Origin: Collinsella sp.
GTDB taxonomy: Bacteria; Actinomycetota; Coriobacteriia; Coriobacteriales; Coriobacteriaceae
Direction of reading: 5' to 3'
DNA length: 64,000 bases
NCBI GenBank assembly: GCA_031296755.1
Contig: JAUMMZ010000003.1
Coordinates: 1,797 to 65,796, forward strand
Within the stretch, counting starts at the first letter, position 1. Every line of letters starts with the position of its first letter. A model generated the notes under the pieces. It searched no databases, was not told the origin of the DNA, and was given only the letters and a program-made list of their open reading frames with translations. Shown here one piece after another: positions 35,888 to 43,995 of this stretch. Made by a program: the position numbers and the translations under genes.

Positions 35888-37747
35888 ATGAATCCGTACA
35901 CTTCCTCCGGTTCGGTCGCCACGATGACGGCTAACGTGTCCGGCAACGATAACCTCAACGACCTGGGTGACGGTCCGCGCCAGCCCGGCGACCCCGAGCG
36001 CTACCCCGTAGGCGCGGTAACTCGCCGCCTGCTGGGCTACGTCCGTCCGCACCGCATTTCGTTTACGGCGTCGTTTGTGAGTGCTGCCGTCTCGGTGATT
36101 CTGCAGCTCTACACACCCATCCTCATTGGCGAGGGCATCGATCTTATCGTCGCCGCCGGGCAGGTGGATTTCGATGCGCTGCTGCCGCTTGTCACCAAAC
36201 TCGCGATTGTCGTCGTAGGTGCTGCGGCCTTTCAGTGGCTGCAGGGCTATTGCGTCAACCGTCTGTCCTACGAGACGGTGCGTGACATGCGCGTGGAGGC
36301 AAGCGACAAGCTCAGCCGCATGCCACTCAGCTTTATCGACAGCCATGCCCACGGCGACCTTATGAGCCGTGTGGTCAACGACGTTGACCAGGTGGGCGAC
36401 GGTCTGCTGCAGGGCTTTACCCAGCTTTTCACCGGCGTTATCACCATCGTTGGCACGCTCGCGTTTATGCTCTCCATCAACCTGACCATGACACTTGTGG
36501 TGGTGCTCGTCACGCCGCTTTCCATTTTTGCAGCCGGTGCCATCGCCAAACTCTCCAACAAGAGCTTTACGGCGCAGCAACGCATTCAGGGCCAGCTTGG
36601 CGGCCATATCGAGGAATACGTGGGCGAGCAGAAGCTCGTGGACGCGTTTGCCTATGGTTCCAACGCCCAGCAGCGCTTCGATGCTCTCAACGCTGAGCTC
36701 TACGCGGCAGGTGAGCGCGCGCAGTTTATGGGTTCGCTTTCTAACCCCGGCACTCGCTTTATCAATAACATCATCTATGCCGTGGTCGCCGTGATTGGCT
36801 GCGTGGGCGTGATCACGGGCGTGCCCGCTGCGCTTACGGTGGGCGGCGTGCAGATTTTCCTGTCCTATGCCAACCAGTACACCAAGCCGTTCAACGAGGT
36901 TACCAACGTCATTACGCAGATCCAGACCGCGTACGCCTCGGCGCGTCGCATGTTCGCGCTGCTCGATGCACGCGAGCAGGAGCCCGATGCGGCGGATGCC
37001 GTGGAACTTGCCACCCCGCAGGGTGAGGTGACCCTTGAGCATGTGGACTTTAGCTACGTGCCCGATCGCAAACTGCTGCAGGACATCTGCATCGAGGCTA
37101 AGCCCGGCATGCGCTTTGCCCTGGTTGGTCCCACGGGCTGCGGAAAGACAACGCTCATCAATCTGCTGCTGCGTTTTTACGATATCGATGCCGGCCGCAT
37201 CATGGTCGATGGCCGGTCTTCGCGTGACTACACGCGTGCAAGCCTGCGCCGCGCCTTTGGCATGGTGCTGCAGGATACGTGGCTGTTCGAGGGCACGGTG
37301 GCGGACAACATCGCTTACGGTTGCCCAGGAGCTACGCGCGAGCAGGTCATCGAAGCCGCCAAGCGCGCGCACGCGCACAAGTTTATCGTGCAGCTGCCAG
37401 GCGGCTACGACACGGTGGTTGGCGAGGACGGCGGCACGTTTAGTCAGGGCCAAAAGCAGCTGCTGTGCATCGCGCGCGTCATGCTCACCGACCCGGCGAT
37501 TCTGCTACTGGACGAGGCGACCTCGAGCATCGATACCCGCACCGAGCTGCAGGTTCAGGCGGCATTCGACGAGCTCATGGCCGGCCGCACAAGCTTTGTC
37601 GTGGCGCACCGCCTGAGCACCATCCGCAACGCCGATTGCATTCTGGTCATGCGCGACGGCCAGATTATCGAGCGCGGCACGCACGACGAGCTGCTAGCGG
37701 CAGGCGGCTTCTACGCCGAACTCTACCGCAGCCAGTTTGCCCAGTGA
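35888..37747 (+). CDS. ABC exporter, fused permease/ATPase subunit (second pair, partner 2)
   Basis: The ATG directly follows the upstream TAA. Walker A GPTGCGKTT, signature FSQGQKQLLCIARVM, Walker B ILLLDEATSSID. Confidence 0.9.
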   Translation: MNPYTSSGSVATMTANVSGNDNLNDLGDGPRQPGDPERYPVGAVTRRLLGYVRPHRISFTASFVSAAVSVILQLYTPILIGEGIDLIVAAGQVDFDALLPLVTKLAIVVVGAAAFQWLQGYCVNRLSYETVRDMRVEASDKLSRMPLSFIDSHAHGDLMSRVVNDVDQVGDGLLQGFTQLFTGVITIVGTLAFMLSINLTMTLVVVLVTPLSIFAAGAIAKLSNKSFTAQQRIQGQLGGHIEEYVGEQKLVDAFAYGSNAQQRFDALNAELYAAGERAQFMGSLSNPGTRFINNIIYAVVAVIGCVGVITGVPAALTVGGVQIFLSYANQYTKPFNEVTNVITQIQTAYASARRMFALLDAREQEPDAADAVELATPQGEVTLEHVDFSYVPDRKLLQDICIEAKPGMRFALVGPTGCGKTTLINLLLRFYDIDAGRIMVDGRSSRDYTRASLRRAFGMVLQDTWLFEGTVADNIAYGCPGATREQVIEAAKRAHAHKFIVQLPGGYDTVVGEDGGTFSQGQKQLLCIARVMLTDPAILLLDEATSSIDTRTELQVQAAFDELMAGRTSFVVAHRLSTIRNADCILVMRDGQIIERGTHDELLAAGGFYAELYRSQFAQ

Positions 37748-37873
37748 GCAAGCCCGTGGTGCAAATTAATCAATCGACAGACGGTGGTTTACATCTGTCA
37801 CGTTAGTACTAAGATATTCATCTAATAAATTGCATTAGTGGCTTTAGTTTTGGGGGAAACGAGCAACGTGACT

Positions 37874-38425
37874 ATGACATGCTCTTTGGTGGTCAACAGC
37901 AAGAGCGGTAATACCAGGATGGTTTCGGGTGCGATCAAGCGCACTCTGCAGGCTGCGGGCGTTGAGTTTGTCCATGCCGCGGCGTTGAGCGACGATGCGG
38001 ATGCAGATCAGGTTGCGCTCGAGGCGCAGGGCGCCTGCGCGGCCGACACAGTGCTCGTCGGTTTTTGGTGCGACAAGGGCGCGTGCACGCCTTCGGTCGC
38101 GGCGTTGCTCTCCGCCTTGCACGGCAAGCGCGTCTTTCTGTTTGGCACCTGCGGTTTTGGGGCCGACCAGAGCTATTATCAGCAGATTATCGATCGTGTG
38201 ACCTCCAATTTGGCTGAGGATGCCGAGCTTGCGGGTTGGGCGATGTGCCAGGGCAAGATGGGCCCTGCCGTAAAGCAGCGCTACGAGGCCATGCTCGAGC
38301 AAGATCCCGACAATGTCCGCTTTAAGATGCTGCTCGATAACTGGGTCGCCGCAAAGGATCACCCCACCAAGGAAGATCTGGACAACATGGCTGCAGCCGC
38401 CAAAAAGGCCGTGCTGGGGGAGTAG
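37874..38425 (+). CDS. Flavodoxin-like protein
   Basis: VVNSKSGNTRMV FMN-phosphate-binding-type loop at the N-terminus, about 180 aa. The start is uncertain (GTG 37868 or ATG 37874). Confidence 0.65.
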   Translation: MTCSLVVNSKSGNTRMVSGAIKRTLQAAGVEFVHAAALSDDADADQVALEAQGACAADTVLVGFWCDKGACTPSVAALLSALHGKRVFLFGTCGFGADQSYYQQIIDRVTSNLAEDAELAGWAMCQGKMGPAVKQRYEAMLEQDPDNVRFKMLLDNWVAAKDHPTKEDLDNMAAAAKKAVLGE

Positions 38426-38467
38426 CTCCCATCGCTGACGGCGGTCGGTCCATCTTTCTAAATGAAA

Positions 38468-38596
38468 CGTCCTCCCGGGCGTCGGGGCACGAAGTTCCCT
38501 GCTCTACAGTCCTGCGCAAGACGAAGGCCACATTAAGTGGCCTTCTTTGCGTGCGGAACTCGCGATGAACTTCGTGCCCCGCCGTCCGGGAGGACG
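38468..38596 (+). repeat. Nested palindromic element E1
   Basis: 30-bp arms (28/30 paired) enclose a 69-nt core with inner hairpin GAAGGCCAC-ATTAA-GTGGCCTTC. Homologous to E2 in inverted orientation. Confidence 0.9.
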
Positions 38597-38635
38597 CCTC
38601 TTTATTGATGGGAGGCCTGATAGGTCGATGGTTCC

Positions 38636-39105
38636 GTGCCCGGATGCGTCCAAAGTGGGACGGGCTTTCCGGATGGGCAGGCTTTCGAAAAATGCGTCCC
38701 GGAATTTGCCTTTGGAATGGGACGTAGTTTCCCGTTGAGGTGCTTTGCGGAAAGTGCATCCCACTCTGGGCGGTCGAAGTGGGACACACTTTCCCAAAGG
38801 CGCTCCAACGGGAAATTGCGTCCCATTATTCGGTCAAGAAACGGGATGCATTTTCCCAATGAGAGCAAAACCGGAAAATGCATCCCACAATCAGCCCTCA
38901 AAGTGGGACGCCGTTTCCCAATGAGGCTCAAGCGGAAAATGCATCCCGGAATTTGCGCTCAAAGTGGGATGCGGTTTCCGGTTGAGGGTCTAAGGGGAAA
39001 GTGCGTCCCAGAATCGACGCTTGAAATGGGATGCAGTTTCCCGATGAGGCACTCGACGGAAAATACATCCCAGAAATGGCCTTTGAGCTGGGATAAGATT
39101 TCCGC
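38636..39105 (+). repeat. Tandem array A1: one truncated and seven full 61-62 bp hairpin units
   Basis: Left arms GGAAAnTGCnTCCCA start at 38686, 38748, 38810, 38872, 38933, 38995 and 39057. Each is followed after about 14-17 nt by TGGGAnnCnnTTTCC. Confidence 0.9.
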
Positions 39106-39190
39106 GGTATCTCGGATTCTCAAAAATGAGACACGCCGTTGGCGAAAATGAGACACGTGATATCGGGCATCGGATGTATCATTTGCAAAA

Positions 39191-42100
39191 ATGAGTCCAC
39201 TCCACTCGAGTAAAGCGATGTCCCTCATGTACGTTCCACACCCCCGTATCCGTAGGCTGTCGAAAATCCCGCTTGTTGGGACGGCGGCGCTTGCTGCGTT
39301 GATCGCCACGAGCGTCGCCTGCTTCACGGCCACGCCCCAGGTTGCCCAGGCGGCAGACGCGCCCGCAATCACCGATATGACCGAGCAGGATTATCAAGCC
39401 CTGGGTCTGGGCACGAGCGAGGACATTCCGGCCGATACCGTTGGCCCCTATTCCACTGATACCCCCACGACGTTTGCCACGCGCAGCGAGGTCTATATGG
39501 CAGCTAACGGTAGCCATGGCAATCGCTACACTCTGCGCGACAAGCTCGAGAACGTCGAGCGCGGTGACATTGGCGGCAGCAGCAAACTCACCGATGGCTA
39601 TGGAAGTGTGTGGGGCGCCGCAAAGTTCTGGCAAAACGTCAACAACTTCGATACGAACAGCGATCTCTACAAGCATAGCGACTACGGTGGCGGCACCTGG
39701 TCGTACCTAAGCAACAATGAGTCCTCAACAGTACTCGCCAACGACAACAACGGTTTCTCGGGCATTCACGCCACGAGTGTTGAGTTCTGCAGCGACGCCA
39801 GCACGGGCAAAAAGAGCCGCGTTGCCGAGCTCCGTGCCTACGGCGACAGTTCCTCCACGACGATTGACGGCAAGTCATACGCCGGAAAGGTTGAGCTGGT
39901 CCTCTACTCGTTTAGCAACGGGCGCACGCGCACTCTCGACACACACCTGCCGGTGACGGTCAACACTAATATGATGTACGAAGGCCGTTTTAAGTACCTG
40001 GATGCCGGTTACCTGCAAGAGCACGACGCCGTCTTTGATGTCGAGGCGGGCGATGTCGATGGCGACGGCGTCGACGAGCTTTTTGTCTACGCGGGCTGCT
40101 ATGTCGACGAGAACGGCGTGCGCAAGGCTGTAGTCGACATGTATGACTTGGAGGGCGGCAACTGGAAGCAAAGCGTCGTCAAGATCGATGCCGGTAACGC
40201 CGCGGACTACACCACGCACAACAAGGGCGGGAACGACTCCTGGACGCAGCTTCAGTCAGCTCCTGTCGTTTCGCTAGCGGCCGGCGACCTCGATCGCGAT
40301 TTTTGCGATGACCTCGCCATCGTGGTCTCGGCACCCTACGGCAAGAAGAATATTGATAAGTCGACGCATTGCGAGCTGTTTTCGTGGGATGCATCCAAGG
40401 GTGCGCTCGTCCATGTCGATGCTCTGGGCGACGCGGGCGCAATCTCCCTCTCCGCGAACGGCAAGACCATGGTCGCTGCGAATGCGACGTTCGGCACGTT
40501 TGCCGCCTACGATGAAGAAGGAAAGAAGACGGGTGAAACCGTCACGGGCCTTATTCTTGCGGGCTATGACTGGCAACGCAGCGCTTTTGATTACGGCGCT
40601 TCTGACGGCAGCAAGGGGCTGTACGGCGCGCTGTACCGCTACGCGTATTTTGACTCGGAGTCTGGCGAGTTCAAGCTTTCCGATTGTAAGGAATACAGAG
40701 ACGGGCTCCTCGCCTCCTATGGGCTGATGCATGTGCCCAACAGCGCATGGAAGGATAGCGCTCAGGATAAGCGCTATCCGTGCACCTTGGCGCCTATTGC
40801 CCTTGCCACTGCCAACCTTGACGGCCTGTCCGAGCAGCTGGCGGTCGACGAGGTGCTCGTGGGCGGCGATGTGTTCCGCGACTTTGCCTGCAACACGGCA
40901 CAGAGCGGGGCTCAGGGCTTGGGGTCCATGGTCGGAACCATGAGCATGAGCGGTCAGCAATACAACAGCAGCAACAAGCATGACCACAAGGGTATAGAGC
41001 AGGTGTGGATCAGCGACGTCAAGGCGGGTAGCGTCTCGGGTTCGGACCGCTATAACGAGAGCTTTATCGCCGTGGTGGGCAAGCACCGCGACGAGGACCT
41101 GCGCAAGAACGATGACTACTATTGGATGACCGCCTCGCATTTTTCGCTCGACGAGAACGGAAAGGTGCGCCGCGGCGAGGAGCAGGTGATTAGCGAGAGC
41201 AACCGTCGCGGCACTACCTACGGCACATTTATCTCGCTCGCGCTGCCCGATGTCGACAACGACAGCGTCAAGATCACGTACAAGGACCGCTACAAGGTCT
41301 ATACCAACCCGCGCGTGCTTGCCGTGCTGCAGGATGCGCCCTATGTTGAGGATCTGGAGCAGGCATACGGCTATCTGGTGTTGGGCGGCACGTCATACGG
41401 AGAGGAAAAGGGCACGGGGACATCCCAGGGCTATACCATTGGCGCCGAGTTGGGCGTTGCCGTCGAGGTGCAGACCGGTCCGCCCCTGGTCGCGATGAAT
41501 GCTTCAGTCGATTTTGCCGCCGAGGGATGCTATGACTACCGGAGCGAGCGCACGGTCAGCGCAAGCGTAAGCTATGAGTCGCATGCCGGCGAGGGTGACA
41601 AGGCCGTGCTCTACACGATTCCGATGGTCTATTACGAGTATGAGATCGAAAATGAGGAAACTGGTGGCAAGGGCGTGATGGCGGCGCCCGTGTCGCTCGG
41701 CGCGCAGACCTCGGTCGTTAATGTCGAGGCCTATGACCGCATTGCCAAACAGCACAATATGACGCCGCTCAGCTACTTTTTGACCAACCGGTCGGGAGAA
41801 CCCGGAACCTATCAAACGACGCTCAACGGCGAGACTCCCGTTGGGGATTCCTTTGGCCTGGGCAAGCCTGGCGTAACGCGCGCCTACACGCACGATGGGT
41901 TTAACGGCGCCGCCGCGCAGTCGGGGGCGAGCATTGAGCAGACCATCGAAGTCGAGGAGGGCAAGGAGCAGGAGCTCGAGCTCGGCTTGACGCTGAACGG
42001 CAGCGTTGTCATGGGCGCGAAGCTCGCAAAGCACGAGTTGTTTGGCGGCCTGTGCTTTGGTGCCAACGCCGGCTTTACTACGGGGAACTCCTCGAGTGAA

Positions 42101-43315
42101 TCGACCGAATACGGCGGCACCGTCGACAACCTGCCCGAGGCCGCGCAGGGCAAGTACGGTTTTGTGTGGCGTCTGGGCGTCAACGCGGTGGATGTCGACA
42201 AGTTCGAGGCAGACTCGGGCGACAAGCTCGGCACCAAGGACACCGACCAGTTCTGGATCGTGGGCTATGACGTTAAGGACGTCGAGATGCCCGACGCGCC
42301 GGCCGTGACGGGCTTTACGGCAAACGCCGTCGATTCGACCAGCGTTACGTTTAGCTGGGACGATGTGCTCGCAAACAAGAGTGGCTTTAGCTACGGCGTG
42401 GGCATGCTGCAGAGCAATGCGGCGGATGCGGTCGTCAATAGCTGGAAGATTGCCGACAACACGCAGACCTCGCTCAAGTGGGATGGGCTGCAGCCCAATA
42501 CGGAGTATCGATTCGCCATCGCCGCCGTTAAGAATGGATCCACGACCGAAACAGGTATTCGCTCGGCAATCATCACGGTCAAGACCATGCCCGATGGCAT
42601 GACGATGACCGTGAGCGGACCTGCGGCGGATGCTGCGGAGGGGTCGGATCTTGGATACGACTCTTCGGTTGAGCGCACGGCGGGAAGCCACCTGACGCTC
42701 TCGGCGATTGGCCATGTGAAGCAACTCGGTGCCGACGATAGCGAAACAGGGCTGGCACCGACCTATATGTGGTACCGCAAGGGCCGCGGCGAGACAGAGT
42801 TTAAGCTCGTGGGTGCCGATGGCAACCTCGCGGCTGGAACGGCCTCAAAGCTCGAGATTGACCTGACCGCAGACGATGACGGTGCGCAGTATTACTGCCA
42901 CGTGGGATACAACGACGTGGGCCTCGACACCGGCACGACGCTCGTGAATATCGAGGCCGAGGAGACGGCGCCCACAACGGTGAACGCCACCCCGATCCGC
43001 ACGCGCCGCCTGTTCTCACAGGCAAGTGCGGGCGCCAAGAAGTTCCTGGACCATACGCTGGTAAACACCGCCGGCCCAACCGATTCCGAAGGCTCAAAGG
43101 ACCCCGAGACTCCTGAGACCCCGACGAACCCGGACAAGCCCAAGTCCGACAACGGAGCTAAGACCGACACCAAGGTCAAGACTACGACCACAGCGAAGAA
43201 CCTCGCAAACACCGGCGACCAAACATTCGCCCTAGTCGCCACCGCAGCAGCAGCGGGAGCAGCGCTCGTAGTGATAGCCCTCATCATGCTGATCAAGCGC
43301 CGCAAGACCCACTAG
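39191..43315 (+). CDS. Large cell-wall-anchored surface protein (FG-GAP/VCBS-like repeats, FN3-like and Ig-like domains, LAxTG sorting signal)
   Basis: Signal peptide ..ATPQVAQA/ADA. DVDGDGVDELFV and AAGDLDRDFCDDLAIV repeats. FN3-like SVTFSWDD..LQPNTEYRFAIAAV and Ig-like DDGAQYYC. C-terminal LANTG plus TM plus KRRKTH. Confidence 0.85.
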   Translation: MSPLHSSKAMSLMYVPHPRIRRLSKIPLVGTAALAALIATSVACFTATPQVAQAADAPAITDMTEQDYQALGLGTSEDIPADTVGPYSTDTPTTFATRSEVYMAANGSHGNRYTLRDKLENVERGDIGGSSKLTDGYGSVWGAAKFWQNVNNFDTNSDLYKHSDYGGGTWSYLSNNESSTVLANDNNGFSGIHATSVEFCSDASTGKKSRVAELRAYGDSSSTTIDGKSYAGKVELVLYSFSNGRTRTLDTHLPVTVNTNMMYEGRFKYLDAGYLQEHDAVFDVEAGDVDGDGVDELFVYAGCYVDENGVRKAVVDMYDLEGGNWKQSVVKIDAGNAADYTTHNKGGNDSWTQLQSAPVVSLAAGDLDRDFCDDLAIVVSAPYGKKNIDKSTHCELFSWDASKGALVHVDALGDAGAISLSANGKTMVAANATFGTFAAYDEEGKKTGETVTGLILAGYDWQRSAFDYGASDGSKGLYGALYRYAYFDSESGEFKLSDCKEYRDGLLASYGLMHVPNSAWKDSAQDKRYPCTLAPIALATANLDGLSEQLAVDEVLVGGDVFRDFACNTAQSGAQGLGSMVGTMSMSGQQYNSSNKHDHKGIEQVWISDVKAGSVSGSDRYNESFIAVVGKHRDEDLRKNDDYYWMTASHFSLDENGKVRRGEEQVISESNRRGTTYGTFISLALPDVDNDSVKITYKDRYKVYTNPRVLAVLQDAPYVEDLEQAYGYLVLGGTSYGEEKGTGTSQGYTIGAELGVAVEVQTGPPLVAMNASVDFAAEGCYDYRSERTVSASVSYESHAGEGDKAVLYTIPMVYYEYEIENEETGGKGVMAAPVSLGAQTSVVNVEAYDRIAKQHNMTPLSYFLTNRSGEPGTYQTTLNGETPVGDSFGLGKPGVTRAYTHDGFNGAAAQSGASIEQTIEVEEGKEQELELGLTLNGSVVMGAKLAKHELFGGLCFGANAGFTTGNSSSESTEYGGTVDNLPEAAQGKYGFVWRLGVNAVDVDKFEADSGDKLGTKDTDQFWIVGYDVKDVEMPDAPAVTGFTANAVDSTSVTFSWDDVLANKSGFSYGVGMLQSNAADAVVNSWKIADNTQTSLKWDGLQPNTEYRFAIAAVKNGSTTETGIRSAIITVKTMPDGMTMTVSGPAADAAEGSDLGYDSSVERTAGSHLTLSAIGHVKQLGADDSETGLAPTYMWYRKGRGETEFKLVGADGNLAAGTASKLEIDLTADDDGAQYYCHVGYNDVGLDTGTTLVNIEAEETAPTTVNATPIRTRRLFSQASAGAKKFLDHTLVNTAGPTDSEGSKDPETPETPTNPDKPKSDNGAKTDTKVKTTTTAKNLANTGDQTFALVATAAAAGAALVVIALIMLIKRRKTH

Positions 43316-43342
43316 TAGCCAGTCGAACATATCGACAACCCA

Positions 43343-43386
43343 AAAACCCGGGTAGCCAAAAAACAGGCCACCCGGGTTTTCTGTTG
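43343..43386 (+). terminator. Intrinsic terminator after surface-protein gene
   Basis: AAAACCCGGGT / ACCCGGGTTTT stem followed by a T-rich tail. Confidence 0.7.
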
Positions 43387-43403
43387 AGTGGAGACTCCGC
43401 AAG

Positions 43404-43760
43404 CGGAAACTGCATCCCACGATTAGCGCCCGGAACGGGACACATTTTCCGTCAAGCCCTCATCCGGAAAATCCATCCCAGTTTGAGCGCCCAGACCGGG
43501 ACGCACTTTCCCAAAGGGTCCTCAACGGGAAACTGCGTCCCATAATTAGGCCGAGAAATGGGATGAACTTTCCCAATGAGAGCCAACCGGAAACCACGTC
43601 CCAGAATCAGCCCCCAAAGTGGGACGCACTTTCCCAAAGGGTCCTCAACGGGAAAATACATCCCGGAATCCAGCTGAATAGTGGGACACACTTTCCCAAT
43701 CAGGTCCCAAGCGGAAACTGCATCCCATTCCAGACAAGAATTCCGGGACACGCTTTCCGG
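43404..43760 (+). repeat. Tandem array A2: six 61-62 bp hairpin units, same orientation as A1
   Basis: Left arms start at 43404, 43465, 43527, 43588, 43650 and 43711. Same GGAAAnnnCnTCCCA ... GGGAnnCnnTTTCC architecture. Confidence 0.9.
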
Positions 43761-43845
43761 ATACAAACAAGGCCGCATGACGTGGCCTTCAGCTTATATA
43801 TGTTCAGCAGATGCCCCCATGACAAGCCGCGCTTCAACACCGAGG

Positions 43846-43976
43846 CGTCTGCCCGGCGACGCGGAACGTAAGGTTCATCGCGAGTTCCGCACGAGCCGGA
43901 GAGCACTTAATGTGCTCTCCGTGCGAGCAGGACTGTCCGAGCAGGGAACCTTACGTTCCGCGCCGCCGGGCAGACG
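43846..43976 (-). repeat. Nested palindromic element E2 (inverted relative to E1)
   Basis: 31-bp arms (30/31 paired). The 69-nt core, reverse-complemented, aligns to the E1 core with conserved CCTGCTC, ACAGTCCTGC, CACATTAAGTG and GTGCGGAACTCGCGAT. Confidence 0.9.
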
Positions 43977-43995
43977 AACCAGTTAAGACGTGTCG

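Noticed and set aside
38636-39105. CRISPR array interpretation of the 61-62 bp periodic repeats (also 43404-43760)
   Set aside because: The units are degenerate (about 70-80% identity) rather than near-identical. The would-be spacers are themselves the conserved complementary arm and loop of each unit. No cas genes or leader are present.
38636-39151. 171-aa ORF and other ORFs (38602-38931, 38959-39372, 43452-43778, 43563-43871) across the arrays as repetitive proteins
   Set aside because: The repeat period is 61-62 bp, not a multiple of 3, so the same DNA motif is read in different frames in successive units. ORFs are open on both strands, with no RBS.
38468-43976. E1/E2 as boundaries of an invertible DNA segment or composite transposon
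   Set aside because: No recombinase or transposase gene is in or near the segment. Shared identical sequence is limited to short core motifs. Each element sits in the same orientation relative to the 3' end of its flanking gene, which is equally consistent with independent 3'-end elements.
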